Positions 35,305-46,707 are shown, counted from the first letter of the stretch. The stretch: DNA of 64,000 nt from Candidatus Kapaibacterium sp. (GCA_026003495.1 BPHK01000001.1:1705703-1769702); one strand, 5' to 3'. The notes: generated from the letters alone by a model not told the origin. A program made the numbers and translations.

Positions 35305-37089
35305 CTATGCAGCAGAGAGTCGGTGGCGAATAGACTCGACCGTCGGTGCAGGAATCGCCGCGATGAGCTGGCGTGTGTATTCTTGCTGCGGCGCTCGGTA
35401 GAGCTCGTCGGCATCTTGGAGTTCGACGATGCGGCCGGCATGCATCACTGCGATACGATCGCTAATGAACTTGACAACGCTCAGGTCGTGCGAGATGAAG
35501 ATGTACGTCAGCCCAAGCTCCTCGCGGAGCTTGACGAGCAGATTGAGCACTTGCGCTTGGATGCTCACATCGAGCGCGGAAACCGACTCATCGCAGATGA
35601 GCAGCTTCGGCTCTAAGGCTAATGCGCGTGCAATACAGATGCGCTGCCGCTGACCGCCGCTGAACTCGTGCGGGTAGTTGTGGTAATGCTGCCGCTGCAA
35701 CCCAACTTTGACCAGCAGCTCTTCGATGTACTCCCGGCGCTCGGCATCGCTCGAGAAGCGGCCGTGTACCTTGAGCACTTCCATCATCGCGCTCCCAACC
35801 GTCAGACGCGGATTGAGCGACGAGTACGGATCCTGGAAGATGATCTGCATGTTCCGACGCAGCGCTTTGAGCTCCGAGCGGCCAAGCTGCGTTACATCGT
35901 GCCCATCGAAGAAAATGCGGCCACCTGTCGGCTCGACCAGCCGTAAAATGGCACGTCCAGTAGTAGTCTTCCCGCAGCCGCTTTCACCGACCAAGCCGAG
36001 TGTCTCACCCTGTCGAACAGTGAAACTAACGCCATCAACAGCCTTGACCCACCCCGATACACGGCTGAACAGCCCAGTCCGAATCGGAAAGTGCACGCGC
36101 AAGTCTTCGACACGGAGCAACTCTGGGCGATTGTCAAGCCTTACGCGACGCTGTACACGCTCTTCGGGCGACTCAGCACGCATGGCGATAATTTCGCCCA
36201 AGCTTCCACTCGACCGTTCAACGATCGTTCCATCTGGCCGTTCCTCCATGAAATCGTACACCGTCGGCAGAAGGTGCATCCGCACATCAAGCCGTGGACG
36301 ACATGCCAGGAGCCCCTTCGTGTATGGATGCTGGGGGCGTTCGAATATCTCGAGCACAGTCCCCTGTTCGACGATGCGCCCACGGTACATGACGATAACG
36401 TAATCGGCAATCTCTGCGATCACGCCCAGGTCGTGCGTAATGAAGAGCACGCTCATCTGGTGTTGCTGCTGCAGGTGGCTGATCAGCTCCAGGATTGCTG
36501 CTTGCACGGTAACATCGAGCGCCGTCGTTGGCTCGTCGGCGATAAGCAGATCGGGGTTGCAGGCCATTGCCATCGCAATCATCACCCGTTGCTTTTGTCC
36601 GCCCGAGAGCTGATGCGGATATTGGTCGAGAATAATTTCCGGACGGGGAAGCTGCACTTCACGAAAAAGTTGGACCACGCGCTCACGCGCATCCTGGCGG
36701 CTCATTCCCAAGTGCAACTGCAACGCCTCAGCAACTTGGTCCCCACACCGAAACACCGGATTGAGCGAAGTCATCGGCTCCTGGAAGATCATCCCAATGC
36801 GATTGCCTCGGTAGTGGCGCATCTGCTCTTCCGGCAATGAGAGCAAATCCACCTGCGTTCCATCCGGTTCGGTGAGCAAAATCGAGCCGCTGACGATTTT
36901 TCCTGGTGGACTTGGGATCAAGCGCATGATAGAGAGCGCTGTAACGGACTTTCCTGACCCCGACTCTCCGACGATCCCGACGGTCTTGCCGCGTGGAATC
37001 TCGAACGAGACACCATCAACAGCGCGGACGACGCGCTCCTCGGTGCGGAACTCAGTGACAAGATGCTCGATGCGAAGCAGCGGTGCCAT
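35305..37089 (-). CDS. ABC transporter ATP-binding protein with duplicated ATPase domains (oligopeptide/dipeptide-type, YejF/GsiA-like)
   Basis: Two full cassettes (GESGSGKSV...LSGGQKQRV...[11 protein letters not shown] and GESGCGKTT...FSGGQRQRI...[11 protein letters not shown]). The start could be 37089, 37107 (both ATG) or 37134 (GTG). Confidence 0.85.
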   Translation of the reverse strand: MAPLLRIEHLVTEFRTEERVVRAVDGVSFEIPRGKTVGIVGESGSGKSVTALSIMRLIPSPPGKIVSGSILLTEPDGTQVDLLSLPEEQMRHYRGNRIGMIFQEPMTSLNPVFRCGDQVAEALQLHLGMSRQDARERVVQLFREVQLPRPEIILDQYPHQLSGGQKQRVMIAMAMACNPDLLIADEPTTALDVTVQAAILELISHLQQQHQMSVLFITHDLGVIAEIADYVIVMYRGRIVEQGTVLEIFERPQHPYTKGLLACRPRLDVRMHLLPTVYDFMEERPDGTIVERSSGSLGEIIAMRAESPEERVQRRVRLDNRPELLRVEDLRVHFPIRTGLFSRVSGWVKAVDGVSFTVRQGETLGLVGESGCGKTTTGRAILRLVEPTGGRIFFDGHDVTQLGRSELKALRRNMQIIFQDPYSSLNPRLTVGSAMMEVLKVHGRFSSDAERREYIEELLVKVGLQRQHYHNYPHEFSGGQRQRICIARALALEPKLLICDESVSALDVSIQAQVLNLLVKLREELGLTYIFISHDLSVVKFISDRIAVMHAGRIVELQDADELYRAPQQEYTRQLIAAIPAPTVESIRHRLSAA

Positions 37090-37136
37090 ACGTACCTTGT
37101 GGTGCATACTCAACGTACTGCCAAAATACACCACTT

Positions 37137-38231
37137 CTACCGCAGCGAGCGGCGATTGCGGATGTAATCGACGACAAGCAGTTTCCCCAGTTGGTCGAGG
37201 TCGCTATAGAATGCTCGGCCACGGTTTGCTTTGGTGAGTTCCTCGACGAAGCTGCGCAAGTACGGATCGCTGGCGATCATGAAGGTGCTGATCGTGATGC
37301 CATCGCGACGGCAGGCAACTGCTTCGTCGAGTGTTTTGTTGACGATGCGTGGATCGAGCCCAAACGGGTTCTTGTAGAGCCTGCCGCTTTCGTCGAAGAT
37401 TGCTGATGGCTTGCCATCGGTGATCAGGAAAATTTGCTTGTTGGCGCTCCGTGCGCGGCGGAGCAGCTGCCGGCTCAAGCGCAGCGCATCGCGTGTGTTC
37501 GTATGGAACGGACCGACGCTGACGAACGGAACCAACCGCCGCTCGATGCGGCGCGCCTCATCGCCGAAGACGATGACCTCCAGCTGGTCTTTGGGGTACT
37601 TCGTGGCGATAAGTTCAATGAGCGCAAGCGCAACTTGTTTTGCAGGCGTGATGCGGTCCTCGCCGTAGAGCACCATCGAGTGCGAGATGTCAATCGCGAG
37701 CACTGTTGCACAGGAGGTCGCGTGCTCGGTTTCGTGGACGCTGATGTCTTCCTCGCGGAGGGGAAAGCGCTCGAGCGTGCTATCGCGGAGGAGGACGTTA
37801 TGGAACGTTTCGCCAAGGTCAATGAGCGTCGTCGAGTCGCCGAAAACGTAGGAGCGCGTTTCGGGAAGGGGCTCACTTCCTTCGCCACTGTGCGGAACTT
37901 CGTGGTTGCCCAGTTCCCCTTTCTTGAGCGAGCGAAAGATTTCACCGAGTGCGTCAGTGCGGATCAGCCGTTCAGTTTTCGGTGTGGGGCGAAGCTTGCC
38001 ATCGCGCTCTTCGAGCAGACCTTCGGCGATCAAGAGTTCGATGTAATCATCCATCGTCATATCGCCGAGCACGCCGTAGCGCTCATCGAGCAGCTCGACC
38101 AGCCGCAGTGCATCCTCGACATCCATATCCACCTTGAGCAGGACGATGCGAAACAGCTGCAGCAAGCGCTCGAGCGCTTGCTCTGCAGTTTCAGCGCGCT
38201 CATGCCAGCGCAAGTAGCGAATCGCAAACAT
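37137..38231 (-). CDS. von Willebrand factor type A (VWA) domain protein
   Basis: MIDAS DxSxS (AIDISHSM), VIVFGDEA and LITDGKPSA are typical of VWA. The N-terminal ~170 aa are helical and unrecognised. The ATG shares a base with the hslU stop (TGATG). Confidence 0.75.
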   Translation of the reverse strand: MFAIRYLRWHERAETAEQALERLLQLFRIVLLKVDMDVEDALRLVELLDERYGVLGDMTMDDYIELLIAEGLLEERDGKLRPTPKTERLIRTDALGEIFRSLKKGELGNHEVPHSGEGSEPLPETRSYVFGDSTTLIDLGETFHNVLLRDSTLERFPLREEDISVHETEHATSCATVLAIDISHSMVLYGEDRITPAKQVALALIELIATKYPKDQLEVIVFGDEARRIERRLVPFVSVGPFHTNTRDALRLSRQLLRRARSANKQIFLITDGKPSAIFDESGRLYKNPFGLDPRIVNKTLDEAVACRRDGITISTFMIASDPYLRSFVEELTKANRGRAFYSDLDQLGKLLVVDYIRNRRSLR

Positions 38232-39592
38232 CAGAGCATGTACTTGCTAAGATCAACATCCTGCGTGACGCGGTCGAGTTTAGTGCGAACATACGCAGCG
38301 TCAATCGTAAAGCGTCGCTCAGTGAGAGCATCGGGAGCATCGAAGAGAAGCTCATCAAGGAGCGTCGTCAAAATCGTATGCAGCCGCCGCGCACCAATGT
38401 TCGACACTGTTTCGTTGACTCTCGCAGCGATGGCGGCAATTTCCGCGATCGCATCGGGCAGAATCTCCAGCTCGACTCCTTCGGTCGCAAGCAGTGCTTG
38501 GTACTGCTTGATGAGCGCATTCTCCGGAAGCGTCAGAATCTGCACGAAATCTTGCTCCGAAAGCGAGTGAAGTTCAACACGGATTGGAAATCGCCCTTGC
38601 AGCTCAGGAATCAAGTCCGACGGCTTGCTCACATGGAACGCGCCCGAAGCGATAAAGAGCACGTGGTCGGTGCGAAGTGGACCGTACTTTGTGTTGACAG
38701 TCGAGCCTTCGACGATCGGGAGCAAATCTCGCTGGACGCCTTCGCGGGAGACATCCGGACCGGCAGACTGCCCACGCGAGGCAATTTTATCAATCTCGTC
38801 AATGAAGACGATGCCCATGGTCTCGGCGCGTGCAAGTGCTTCACGGACGACTGCATCCATATCGAGGAGCTTTTCGGCTTCCTCTTGCTCAAACAGCGCA
38901 CGCGCTTCGGCAACGGTGACTTTGCGTCGCTTGGTCGTTTTGGGTAAGAACTTGCCGAGCATGTCTTGCAGGTTGATGCCGAGATCATCGAGTCCGATGG
39001 GGCCCATCACCTGCATCATCGGCATTGAAGGAGCAGCAACCTCGATTTCGATAAGGTGGCTGTCGAGTTCTCCGTTGCTGAGCCGGTAGCGCATCTGTGC
39101 TCGCCGTTCAGTGTACGCATCACCGCCTGCAACCGAGCTTAGATCGAACGAGACGCCGCTCGGAGGCGGGGGTACCAAAATGTTCAGCAGACGCTCTTCT
39201 GCTGCGGAAGCAGCTTCTCGGCGCTTTTCAGCGGTTTTCTCCTGCCGAACCATCGCAACAGCCGTCTCAGCAAGATCGCGGATCATGCTCTCGACGTCGC
39301 GGCCGACATAGCCAACCTCGGTGAATTTCGTTGCCTCGACTTTGACAAACGGCGCGCCCGCCAGCCGTGCAAGTCGGCGTGCGAGCTCGGTCTTCCCAAC
39401 TCCCGTCGGACCGATCAAGATGATGTTGTTTGGCATGATCTCATCGCGGAGCGGTGGAGGAACTTGCTGCCGACGCCAGCGATTGCGCAGCGCAATCGCC
39501 AGTGCACGTTTGGCTTCCTGCTGACCGATGATGTACTTGTCGAGCTCGGCAACGATCTGTCGTGGGGCAAGGATTGATGGCTGCATCGTCAT
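38231..39592 (-). CDS. hslU: ATP-dependent protease ATPase subunit HslU
   Basis: [32 protein letters not shown]...[18 protein letters not shown]...[19 protein letters not shown] is near-canonical HslU. Confidence 0.95.
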   Translation of the reverse strand: MTMQPSILAPRQIVAELDKYIIGQQEAKRALAIALRNRWRRQQVPPPLRDEIMPNNIILIGPTGVGKTELARRLARLAGAPFVKVEATKFTEVGYVGRDVESMIRDLAETAVAMVRQEKTAEKRREAASAAEERLLNILVPPPPSGVSFDLSSVAGGDAYTERRAQMRYRLSNGELDSHLIEIEVAAPSMPMMQVMGPIGLDDLGINLQDMLGKFLPKTTKRRKVTVAEARALFEQEEAEKLLDMDAVVREALARAETMGIVFIDEIDKIASRGQSAGPDVSREGVQRDLLPIVEGSTVNTKYGPLRTDHVLFIASGAFHVSKPSDLIPELQGRFPIRVELHSLSEQDFVQILTLPENALIKQYQALLATEGVELEILPDAIAEIAAIAARVNETVSNIGARRLHTILTTLLDELLFDAPDALTERRFTIDAAYVRTKLDRVTQDVDLSKYML

Positions 39593-40131
39593 GGCAATTC
39601 TTCGATCGTGAAATGGTTGTTGGTGTAGACGCAAATCTCGGCAGCAATCCGGAGCGATTCCTCCACGATCTGCCGGGCATCCAGCGGTGTATGACGAATC
39701 AGTGCCCGTGCTGCTGCACGCGCATAGTTCCCGCCAGAGCCGATCGCAACGATGTTATCATCGGGGACGATGACATCGCCATTGCCGCTGATGAGCACCA
39801 TTTCCGTGCGTGTTGCCGCAACGAGCATCGCCTCCAGCCGCCGCAGGTAGCGATCGGTCCTCCAGGCTTTCGCAAGCTCGACGGCGCTACGAACGAGATT
39901 CCCACGGTGCGCACCAAGCTGCTCTTCGAACCGCTCCAAGAGCGTGAATGCATCCGCAGTCGCACCAGCAAAACCTGCGAGGACGGAATCATTGTAGAGA
40001 CGCCGCACTTTCCGCGCTGTGCTTTTGAGCACGGTCGCCTCTAGCGAAACCTGGCCGTCGCTACCAATGCACGCTCGACCATCGCGGATGACTGCAACAA
40101 CAGTCGTTCCATGCAGCAAGAGTGAACTCAT
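39589..40131 (-). CDS. hslV: ATP-dependent protease subunit HslV
   Basis: [14 protein letters not shown]...GSDGQV...KVRRLY...[13 protein letters not shown]...GSGG. A short propeptide precedes the catalytic Thr, as in Bacillus CodW. ATGA overlaps on both sides. Confidence 0.9.
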   Translation of the reverse strand: MSSLLLHGTTVVAVIRDGRACIGSDGQVSLEATVLKSTARKVRRLYNDSVLAGFAGATADAFTLLERFEEQLGAHRGNLVRSAVELAKAWRTDRYLRRLEAMLVAATRTEMVLISGNGDVIVPDDNIVAIGSGGNYARAAARALIRHTPLDARQIVEESLRIAAEICVYTNNHFTIEELP

Positions 40132-40472
40132 CGGTTCCATGCACGAAGAAGAACAACAAACACCGGCAGCGAAACAGCAGCCAACGCAGCAAGCAGCAGC
40201 CCAGTACGCTGCTGCCCACGCATGAAGGATTCGGCAGAACGCCAGATGAACGAGAGCGTAAAAATCCCAACTGCAGTCACAAGTGCAGGGCGACTCCAAA
40301 ACACACGCCGACGGAAAAGACCGCTCAGCACAACAAGAAGCGCTCCGCCGCCAACACCGCCGACAAGTGCGATCGGTGCATGGCTAGTTCCAAGTGCGTA
40401 CGATGCAACACCAGCAACCACAAGGATTGCCGCGTAGCAACGCACAATCCACTGCACAGCTGCAGAACTCAT
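40128..40472 (-). CDS. small four-helix membrane protein (TMEM14/UPF0136-like)
   Basis: 114 aa with four hydrophobic helices and Gly-rich motifs. ATGA-coupled to both the upstream ABC ATPase and hslV. Confidence 0.45.
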   Translation of the reverse strand: MSSAAVQWIVRCYAAILVVAGVASYALGTSHAPIALVGGVGGGALLVVLSGLFRRRVFWSRPALVTAVGIFTLSFIWRSAESFMRGQQRTGLLLAALAAVSLPVFVVLLRAWNR

Positions 40473-41170
40473 TGGCGCTTTTCCGCAACGATGACACCAT
40501 CTCGCAAAAAGAGTATCCGATCGGCTGCGGACGCAATCTCTGCGCTATGCGTTGCGACAAGCAATGTAAGCTGATGCTCGCGTCGGAGTGTCGCGATGAG
40601 CGATAGCAGCCGCTCGGTATTCTGCGAGTCGAGATTGCCCGTCGGCTCGTCAGCCAGGAGGAGACGCGGTCGGATCACCAGCGCCCGTGCAAGCGCAACA
40701 CGCTGCTGTTCGCCACCGGAAAGCTCCGCAGGCAGATGCCGAAGACGATGTCCCAACCCAACTGCCTCGAGCATCGCACGTGCAGCATCCTGCGCCTCGT
40801 TCCGTCGCTCGCCACGCACGAGGAGCGGTAGCATCACATTTTCGAGTGCAGTGAACTCAGCCAGTAAATGGTGGAACTGGAAGACGAAACCAATCTCGAA
40901 CGATCGCAGCCGCGTTCGGGCAGATTCATCGAGCCTTGATAGTGCACGCGGCGGTCCCCCATCGAAGCAGTAGTACACCTCCCCTGCATCGGGACTATCG
41001 AGTCCGCCGAGCAAATGCAGCAACGTACTTTTGCCCGCCCCGGATGGACCGACGAGCGCGACGTATTCACCACCGCTGATTGCCAACGAGATACCACGGA
41101 GCACGATCGTGTCGTTGGTCGAACGCAGCGAGTACGCTTTGTGGAGGTTTTCTGCTGAAAGAATTGTCAC
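40469..41170 (-). CDS. ABC transporter ATP-binding protein (LolD/MacB-ATPase-like)
   Basis: [33 protein letters not shown] and [11 protein letters not shown] are the pattern of the LolD/FtsE subfamily. Confidence 0.8.
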   Translation of the reverse strand: MTILSAENLHKAYSLRSTNDTIVLRGISLAISGGEYVALVGPSGAGKSTLLHLLGGLDSPDAGEVYYCFDGGPPRALSRLDESARTRLRSFEIGFVFQFHHLLAEFTALENVMLPLLVRGERRNEAQDAARAMLEAVGLGHRLRHLPAELSGGEQQRVALARALVIRPRLLLADEPTGNLDSQNTERLLSLIATLRREHQLTLLVATHSAEIASAADRILFLRDGVIVAEKRQ

Positions 41171-41214
41171 GCTCGTCCAAACGTAAATCGAACAAAATTA
41201 CCGTCGGCTGTGCG

Positions 41215-42591
41215 ATGAATCCTGTTTCGCTGCTCGGGCACTGCATGGAGCTCCTTGGGCAGATCGAGCGCTCGCGCGCTACTCCAGCAGATGTTCTCAC
41301 CAGCAGCTACACGCGTGCTCGCAAGTATCTCGGCGCCAAAGAACGCCGTGCACTGTCGGAAATTGTCTTCGCAACGCTGCGCACCAAAAACGCTGCTGAG
41401 CATCTAGCCCGCACGTACTTCGACGAGAACGTCCTTCCGCAACCATCCCAAGCGTTGGCAGCACTGATGGGTGCAGTCGCAGCGATTGCGCCAGCGTGGG
41501 CATCGTTCAACCCGCAAGAAGTCCTCGACCCAGCGGCAGGTACTGCCACCGATCCTGACCACGCACTAGCAACACTCTACGCGCGAACACTCGGAACTGA
41601 GCTTCCTGCCGGCTGGGGAGATGCACTGCGGCGTATGCTCCCCAGCCTCGAATGCTCACCATGCAATCGTGCTCAACTTGCGCTGGCTGCTTGCCTGCCG
41701 GAATGGATCGTCGAGTCGCTCTGCACAGGCGGGATGCTTGCATCCGAAGTACTTGCACTTGGGCGAGCGCTGCTGCGACCAGCGCCACTGGTCCTCCGCA
41801 GCGCAAGCCTTACGCAAACAAGAGAAGACCTTCTGGAGCAATTCGCCTGCGATGGTATCGCAGCACGTCCGACTCCGCTATCGCCGTCAGGAATCGTCAT
41901 CGAGCAACGGACATACTTGCTCGACCACCCGTTGTATCGCACCGGTGCGATCGAGGTACAGGACGAAGGCAGCCAGCTCGTTGCATTCGCACTGGCTCCT
42001 GAAGAGGAGTGGAATATCCTCGATGCGTGCGCTGGCGCTGGCGGGAAGACGTTGCATCTTGCGCAACTCCAACGTGATCGCGGGCGCATTATCGCTTCCG
42101 ATGCTGATCGGCGACGCCTTGAGCAACTTGCACGCCGACTCAAGCGGCACCGCTATCGCTCGATACACCTTGCAAACCTCGACGGTCATCGCTCGCTGCA
42201 ACCCACCCAATTCGATGCAGTCTTGCTCGACGTTCCCTGCACCGGGAGCGGGACTGTCCGCCGTGCACCGGAAATCAAGTGGCGGATCCACACGCGGCAG
42301 CTCGAACGCATCGTCGCCAAACAGGAGCGTATCCTCGAGCAGTACCACGCCTACGTCCGCAGTGGCGGAGTGCTACTCTACGCTACCTGCTCACTCCTTC
42401 CGGAAGAAAACCAGCGTGTCGTCGAGCGGTTTTTGGCGCGCCACGCCGAGTTCGAGCCGGATCCACTTGCGCCAGCATTCGAACGGTATGGCATCGCACT
42501 TCCGCTCTCGCCCGACCAATGGCAGCTTCAACTGTTGCCACACCGTCACGGCACCGATGGGTTCTTCGTTGCACGATTACGACGGCGGTAA
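41215..42591 (+). CDS. rsmB: 16S rRNA (cytosine-C5)-methyltransferase RsmB/Sun family
   Basis: NusB-like N-terminal domain plus a SAM MTase core (ILDACAGAGGKT, DAVLLDVPCTGSGTVRR, LLYATCS, DGFFVARL). Confidence 0.85.
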   Translation: MNPVSLLGHCMELLGQIERSRATPADVLTSSYTRARKYLGAKERRALSEIVFATLRTKNAAEHLARTYFDENVLPQPSQALAALMGAVAAIAPAWASFNPQEVLDPAAGTATDPDHALATLYARTLGTELPAGWGDALRRMLPSLECSPCNRAQLALAACLPEWIVESLCTGGMLASEVLALGRALLRPAPLVLRSASLTQTREDLLEQFACDGIAARPTPLSPSGIVIEQRTYLLDHPLYRTGAIEVQDEGSQLVAFALAPEEEWNILDACAGAGGKTLHLAQLQRDRGRIIASDADRRRLEQLARRLKRHRYRSIHLANLDGHRSLQPTQFDAVLLDVPCTGSGTVRRAPEIKWRIHTRQLERIVAKQERILEQYHAYVRSGGVLLYATCSLLPEENQRVVERFLARHAEFEPDPLAPAFERYGIALPLSPDQWQLQLLPHRHGTDGFFVARLRRR

Positions 42592-43275
42592 GCCTGCACT
42601 CCGGGCAATGAGCAGGATTCCCCCACCGACGAGGATGCTCCGCACCGTGAATGCAACCAGACCACCGAGGAGGGTGTGCTTCCACGTGCAGCCCACCGCA
42701 AGGCAGACCATCGCCCCTGCATGGAGCAGAGCGCCCAGATCGAGTTTTGCTGCAATCGAATAGAACCGAATATCCGCGGTGGCTGGATCGAAGAGTACAG
42801 CAAGCGATGGCACAATACCGATAGGTACCCCACTCCAATGAAGGAGCGTTACTGCAAGTTGCAGAAGGCTTACAATCGGAAGTGGGACAACTGCACTGGT
42901 TGCTAACGCGCTCAGCGAAACATCTTTCCGAAGCACTCCGCGAATTGTAAGGGCACCGACGACTCCCCAAAGCAGCGCTGTGCCTACCCCACCGACGAAA
43001 AACGACGCGGTGAATACCCCAAGTGTGGAAAAGTCCTGCATTGCTGGTGGCTCGTATCCCATTCTGCGTGCAACGAGCGCGTTGAGCTCTGCATACTGCG
43101 CGTGCAGAGATGAAACTGACCAACTCAGCCATGCGGACACGACATCGAGCAGTGCGGCAATGAGCGCAGCGAGCACAGCAAGCTGCAACTGCTCGATGAA
43201 CTGCAGCTCGCCAAGTGGAACGATACGCCCTTTGCTCAACTGGCGGAGCCAACCAAGCCATCCGCTACGCTTCAT
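42577..43275 (-). CDS. hypothetical polytopic membrane protein (Yip1-like)
   Basis: Five or more hydrophobic helices after a ~50-aa cytoplasmic head. The family assignment is weak. Confidence 0.45.
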   Translation of the reverse strand: MKRSGWLGWLRQLSKGRIVPLGELQFIEQLQLAVLAALIAALLDVVSAWLSWSVSSLHAQYAELNALVARRMGYEPPAMQDFSTLGVFTASFFVGGVGTALLWGVVGALTIRGVLRKDVSLSALATSAVVPLPIVSLLQLAVTLLHWSGVPIGIVPSLAVLFDPATADIRFYSIAAKLDLGALLHAGAMVCLAVGCTWKHTLLGGLVAFTVRSILVGGGILLIARSAGLPPS

Positions 43276-44047
43276 CGGACGCCTCCTGTAGCGGTGCCAT
43301 AAAGCGCTCGCGATTATACGACTGCCCTTGGAGGAGGAGGTGATAGCTCTCGCACTCGAAAAGAAAACGTTCCCCAACTCCGCGTGCAAAGGGCGAGTCA
43401 CGCTCCGCCATCCGCTCTGGATGCCATTGAACAGCGATCAGAAATCCGCGCGTGCTCGGATCGGCCCATTCAACTGCTTCGACGATTCCATCAGGGGCAC
43501 GTGCAGCAAGCGCAAGTCCTTCACCAAGCTGCTCGATTGCTTGATGGTGCGCGCTATTGACCTGGCCTTCCCATGCGCGCAGCATTCGACCCAACATTGT
43601 ACCAGCCTCGACGCTGACCGCATGCGTGCTATCGCCTTGCGCCGTTTTCCCATGGGGAACATCGCCGCCACGTTGATGGGGGATATCTACCACCAGTGTC
43701 CCACCCAGTGCGACGTTGATGAGCTGTGCCCCGCGACAGATACCGAGGATCGGCATCGTAGCGAGGCGCGCGATCTCGAAGAGTGCAAGCTCGAAGTCGT
43801 CCCGCTCACGCTCGATGCTCTGGCAAAGCTGGCGCAGTGCGTCTGCACCATACAAGGCTGGATCGAGATCTGCACCTCCAGTGAAGACGATCCCCGCGCA
43901 TTCGGCAAGTTCGCTGCGTGCACGGGAAAGATCGTAGCCGTCGCGCGCAAGGTCGAGCACTTCGAGATCGGGGCGAATGCTTTCTAGCCACGAGCGATAG
44001 AAGGCATACTTCGGACTGCCACTACCTTTCGAGAGTGCAATCTTCAT
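43265..44047 (-). CDS. class I glutamine amidotransferase / gamma-glutamyl hydrolase (peptidase C26) family protein
   Basis: GIVFTGGADLDP...MPILGICRGAQLINVALGG...AHHQAI...VQWHPE carries the Cys-His-Glu triad context of C26. Confidence 0.8.
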   Translation of the reverse strand: MKIALSKGSGSPKYAFYRSWLESIRPDLEVLDLARDGYDLSRARSELAECAGIVFTGGADLDPALYGADALRQLCQSIERERDDFELALFEIARLATMPILGICRGAQLINVALGGTLVVDIPHQRGGDVPHGKTAQGDSTHAVSVEAGTMLGRMLRAWEGQVNSAHHQAIEQLGEGLALAARAPDGIVEAVEWADPSTRGFLIAVQWHPERMAERDSPFARGVGERFLFECESYHLLLQGQSYNRERFMAPLQEASDEA

Positions 44048-45057
44048 CGGCACCGCTTCCGGAAGTTGAACAACATCACTTCGAGCCACTGCTTATCTGG
44101 AGGCGTCAAACGAAGCGAAATCCGCGCGACGCCGACCTCGCAACCAGTGCTGCGAAACTCGGCAGCGTACTGCCGAAGTTTGACGGCATCTTTCTCCGTT
44201 GTGAGCACCCATCGTGCACTCGCGCGCTTGGCAGTAGCGATGACGTGCTCGACATCGGCACGAGTGTACCAGTAGTGGTCACGTTTACTCAAGAATGCAG
44301 CAAGCTGCATATCGCCGGAGCGCTCGATTGTGCTTCGAAACCGCTCGGGGTGAGCGATAGCGCAAAGTCCAATCACCGTTCCACTCGGTTCGACAGATCT
44401 TCCATCGTCGAGTGAGTACCAGCCATCGAGCGAAACTTCGGCGCGGAGGATCAATGCTCCAACTGCAGCAAATGGACGAACACGTTCTGGTTCGATGCCA
44501 ACTGCGCAGAGCACATTCGCCCGACGCAAGCTTCGTCTCGGCTCGCGGAGCGTCCCAAATGGTAGCAGCATGTTTGTCGGCTCAAGCGTCGCACGATCTA
44601 CCATCGCAACATCTACCTGACGTGCGACCCCGCGGTGCTGGAAACCATCGTCGAGAATGATTACCTCAGCCCCGAAGCGTTCGATGGCAAGCAACGCACC
44701 CGCATAGCGCCGCCGTGCAGTGACGACAATTGCCGTCGGAACACGCTCGGCGATGAGTGCCGGCTCATCGCCACTTTCGGAAACCGACGCACGCAGCCCT
44801 CGCCCATCGGAAACTACGACGATGCCACGGCTCTTCCGCCGATAGCCCCGACTGACGATCGCAACACGCCAGCCCCAAGCTGTAAGCATCTGCGCAAGGG
44901 CAATAACCATTGGCGTTTTGCCAGTACCACCCGTTGTGATGTTGCCCACGCTCAAGACCGGCACTGGAAGGCTGCGAACGCAAACGCCACGATCGTAGAG
45001 CCGATTGCGGAACTTGACAACTGGTGCAAACAACATCGCACTATTCCTCCGGTGCAA
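44044..45057 (-). CDS. lpxK: tetraacyldisaccharide 4'-kinase
   Basis: VPVLSVGNITTGGTGKTPMVIAL...VSRGY...GDEP...ILDDGFQH are LpxK signatures. Alternative start ATG 45036. Confidence 0.9.
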   Translation of the reverse strand: MHRRNSAMLFAPVVKFRNRLYDRGVCVRSLPVPVLSVGNITTGGTGKTPMVIALAQMLTAWGWRVAIVSRGYRRKSRGIVVVSDGRGLRASVSESGDEPALIAERVPTAIVVTARRRYAGALLAIERFGAEVIILDDGFQHRGVARQVDVAMVDRATLEPTNMLLPFGTLREPRRSLRRANVLCAVGIEPERVRPFAAVGALILRAEVSLDGWYSLDDGRSVEPSGTVIGLCAIAHPERFRSTIERSGDMQLAAFLSKRDHYWYTRADVEHVIATAKRASARWVLTTEKDAVKLRQYAAEFRSTGCEVGVARISLRLTPPDKQWLEVMLFNFRKRCR

Positions 45058-45619
45058 AACGCCCTTGGATCTGGTCGCATAACGCTAGAATCGCATCACT
45101 ACCGAGCGCTGGCAAGACAGCGATTGGCTCAGAGAACTCCAGCTCGATCGGTGCAAACGGTAGTGGCAGGAGGAATCGGTCCCACGACCGCTCGAAGCGC
45201 AACGCCCACCGGCAGCGAACCGTACACCAATACAGCGGCACATGCGCATGCTGCGCGCAGAGCACCGCCCCGCGCTTTACCACACCGCGAGGGCCGCGAG
45301 GGCCATCGGGCGTGATAAGCACAAGCCTGCCCTGCCGAGCAAAGGTAATGAGCGCTTCGAGCGATTCCCTCCCGCCACGAGAAGACGAACCCCGGACGCA
45401 GTGATAGCCCCAACGTTCGAGCAATCGCGCCAGGCGCTCGCCATCCCGACTGTGGCTAACTAAAGCCACTCCATTTCGCCCAGCAAAAAATGCCCACACG
45501 GGCAACATCTCCCCATGCCAGAAGGCGACAACACCGCTGGACGGAATTTCTCCACGCACACGAATGCGCCAGGTTCGCCGGAGCAAGGAAAGCAGACTGA
45601 TCCCAACGCGCTCGATCAT
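45041..45619 (-). CDS. DUF374 domain protein (lysophospholipid acyltransferase-like, commonly linked to lipid A/Kdo genes)
   Basis: FWHGEMLP...VSHSRDGE...RGSSSRGG...ITPDGPRGP is the DUF374 pattern. It sits between lpxB and lpxK. Confidence 0.7.
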   Translation of the reverse strand: MIERVGISLLSLLRRTWRIRVRGEIPSSGVVAFWHGEMLPVWAFFAGRNGVALVSHSRDGERLARLLERWGYHCVRGSSSRGGRESLEALITFARQGRLVLITPDGPRGPRGVVKRGAVLCAQHAHVPLYWCTVRCRWALRFERSWDRFLLPLPFAPIELEFSEPIAVLPALGSDAILALCDQIQGRFAPEE

Positions 45620-46707
45620 CGCCGACCAACCAATGCAAGCATACGATCGGCAATGCGCTGGCTTGCGCCTGCTTCTCCGAGTGCACGACGCAACTGGAGC
45701 GATGCTTCCCGCTGACGGGCTGCTTCGTCTGGATCAGCGAGGATGCGTTCAACAGTGCGCAGTAAGCGCCCGATTGCACTGCTTGTTTGGATGACTTCCG
45801 GAACAACGCACTGCCCCAGGATGATGTTCGGTAGCGCAACAAACGGAATCGAAACCAGCGCGCGTCCGAGCATATACGTGCCGAACGATGCACGATACAT
45901 TGCCACTTGGACGACACCTGCAAGCATCGCTTCGAGTGTCGAAGTACCAGCCTTGATGATTCCGTAGCGTGCCCGAAGGAGAACGCGCTGCGCGTCGGCG
46001 TCGAAGTCAATTCCAGGCGTACTTTTTCCCGATGGCGGAGCGATTGCAACGGTGAATTCGAGCGCCCAATCGCGCTGCCGAAGCGCATCAGCAAGACGGA
46101 GCATCAACGGAAGGTTCAATCGCTGCTCATGCGCGCGGCTCCCGGGCAGAAGAGCAACCTCGTGCGGGTGCTTTGCTTCGATTGAAGGAGGCGTTGCATA
46201 GCCAGGATCGTCGAGGAATGGATGTCCATGGAACTCTGCTTCAATGCCGAGCCGCTGGAAAAATTCAACTTCAAACGGGAGCACGACGAACAAACGATCT
46301 ACAACCTCCGCAAGGCGCCGGGCACGCCATCTGCCCCAGGCCCACAACTGCGGAGCGATGTACCAGAACACCGGTACACCACGACGCCGCACTTGCTCGG
46401 CAAGACGCAAATTGAAGCCAGGGTAATCCACCGGCACAAAGAGGTCATAGTCGCGCGCTTGGATATGGCGGAGCGTCCGTTCGAATGCAAGCCGAAGTGT
46501 TCGGTACTGCCGCAGCACCTCCCAGAATCCGCTGACGTTCATCCCAGCGAAGGGAACGATGCTCTCGAGGCCGACTGCGTGCATTGCAGGTCCACCAATG
46601 CCGAAAAATTCGACGCTCGGCTCGCGACGTTTGATCGCATCCATCAATCGCGCCGCGTGTCGATCACCGCTCCGCTCTCCAGCTACGATGAAGATCCGAA
46701 GTGCCAT
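45616..46707 (-). CDS. lpxB: lipid-A-disaccharide synthase
   Basis: IFIVAGERSGDRHAARLM...VDYPGFNLRLA...YIAPQLWAWG... is canonical LpxB. Confidence 0.9.
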   Translation of the reverse strand: MALRIFIVAGERSGDRHAARLMDAIKRREPSVEFFGIGGPAMHAVGLESIVPFAGMNVSGFWEVLRQYRTLRLAFERTLRHIQARDYDLFVPVDYPGFNLRLAEQVRRRGVPVFWYIAPQLWAWGRWRARRLAEVVDRLFVVLPFEVEFFQRLGIEAEFHGHPFLDDPGYATPPSIEAKHPHEVALLPGSRAHEQRLNLPLMLRLADALRQRDWALEFTVAIAPPSGKSTPGIDFDADAQRVLLRARYGIIKAGTSTLEAMLAGVVQVAMYRASFGTYMLGRALVSIPFVALPNIILGQCVVPEVIQTSSAIGRLLRTVERILADPDEAARQREASLQLRRALGEAGASQRIADRMLALVGRR

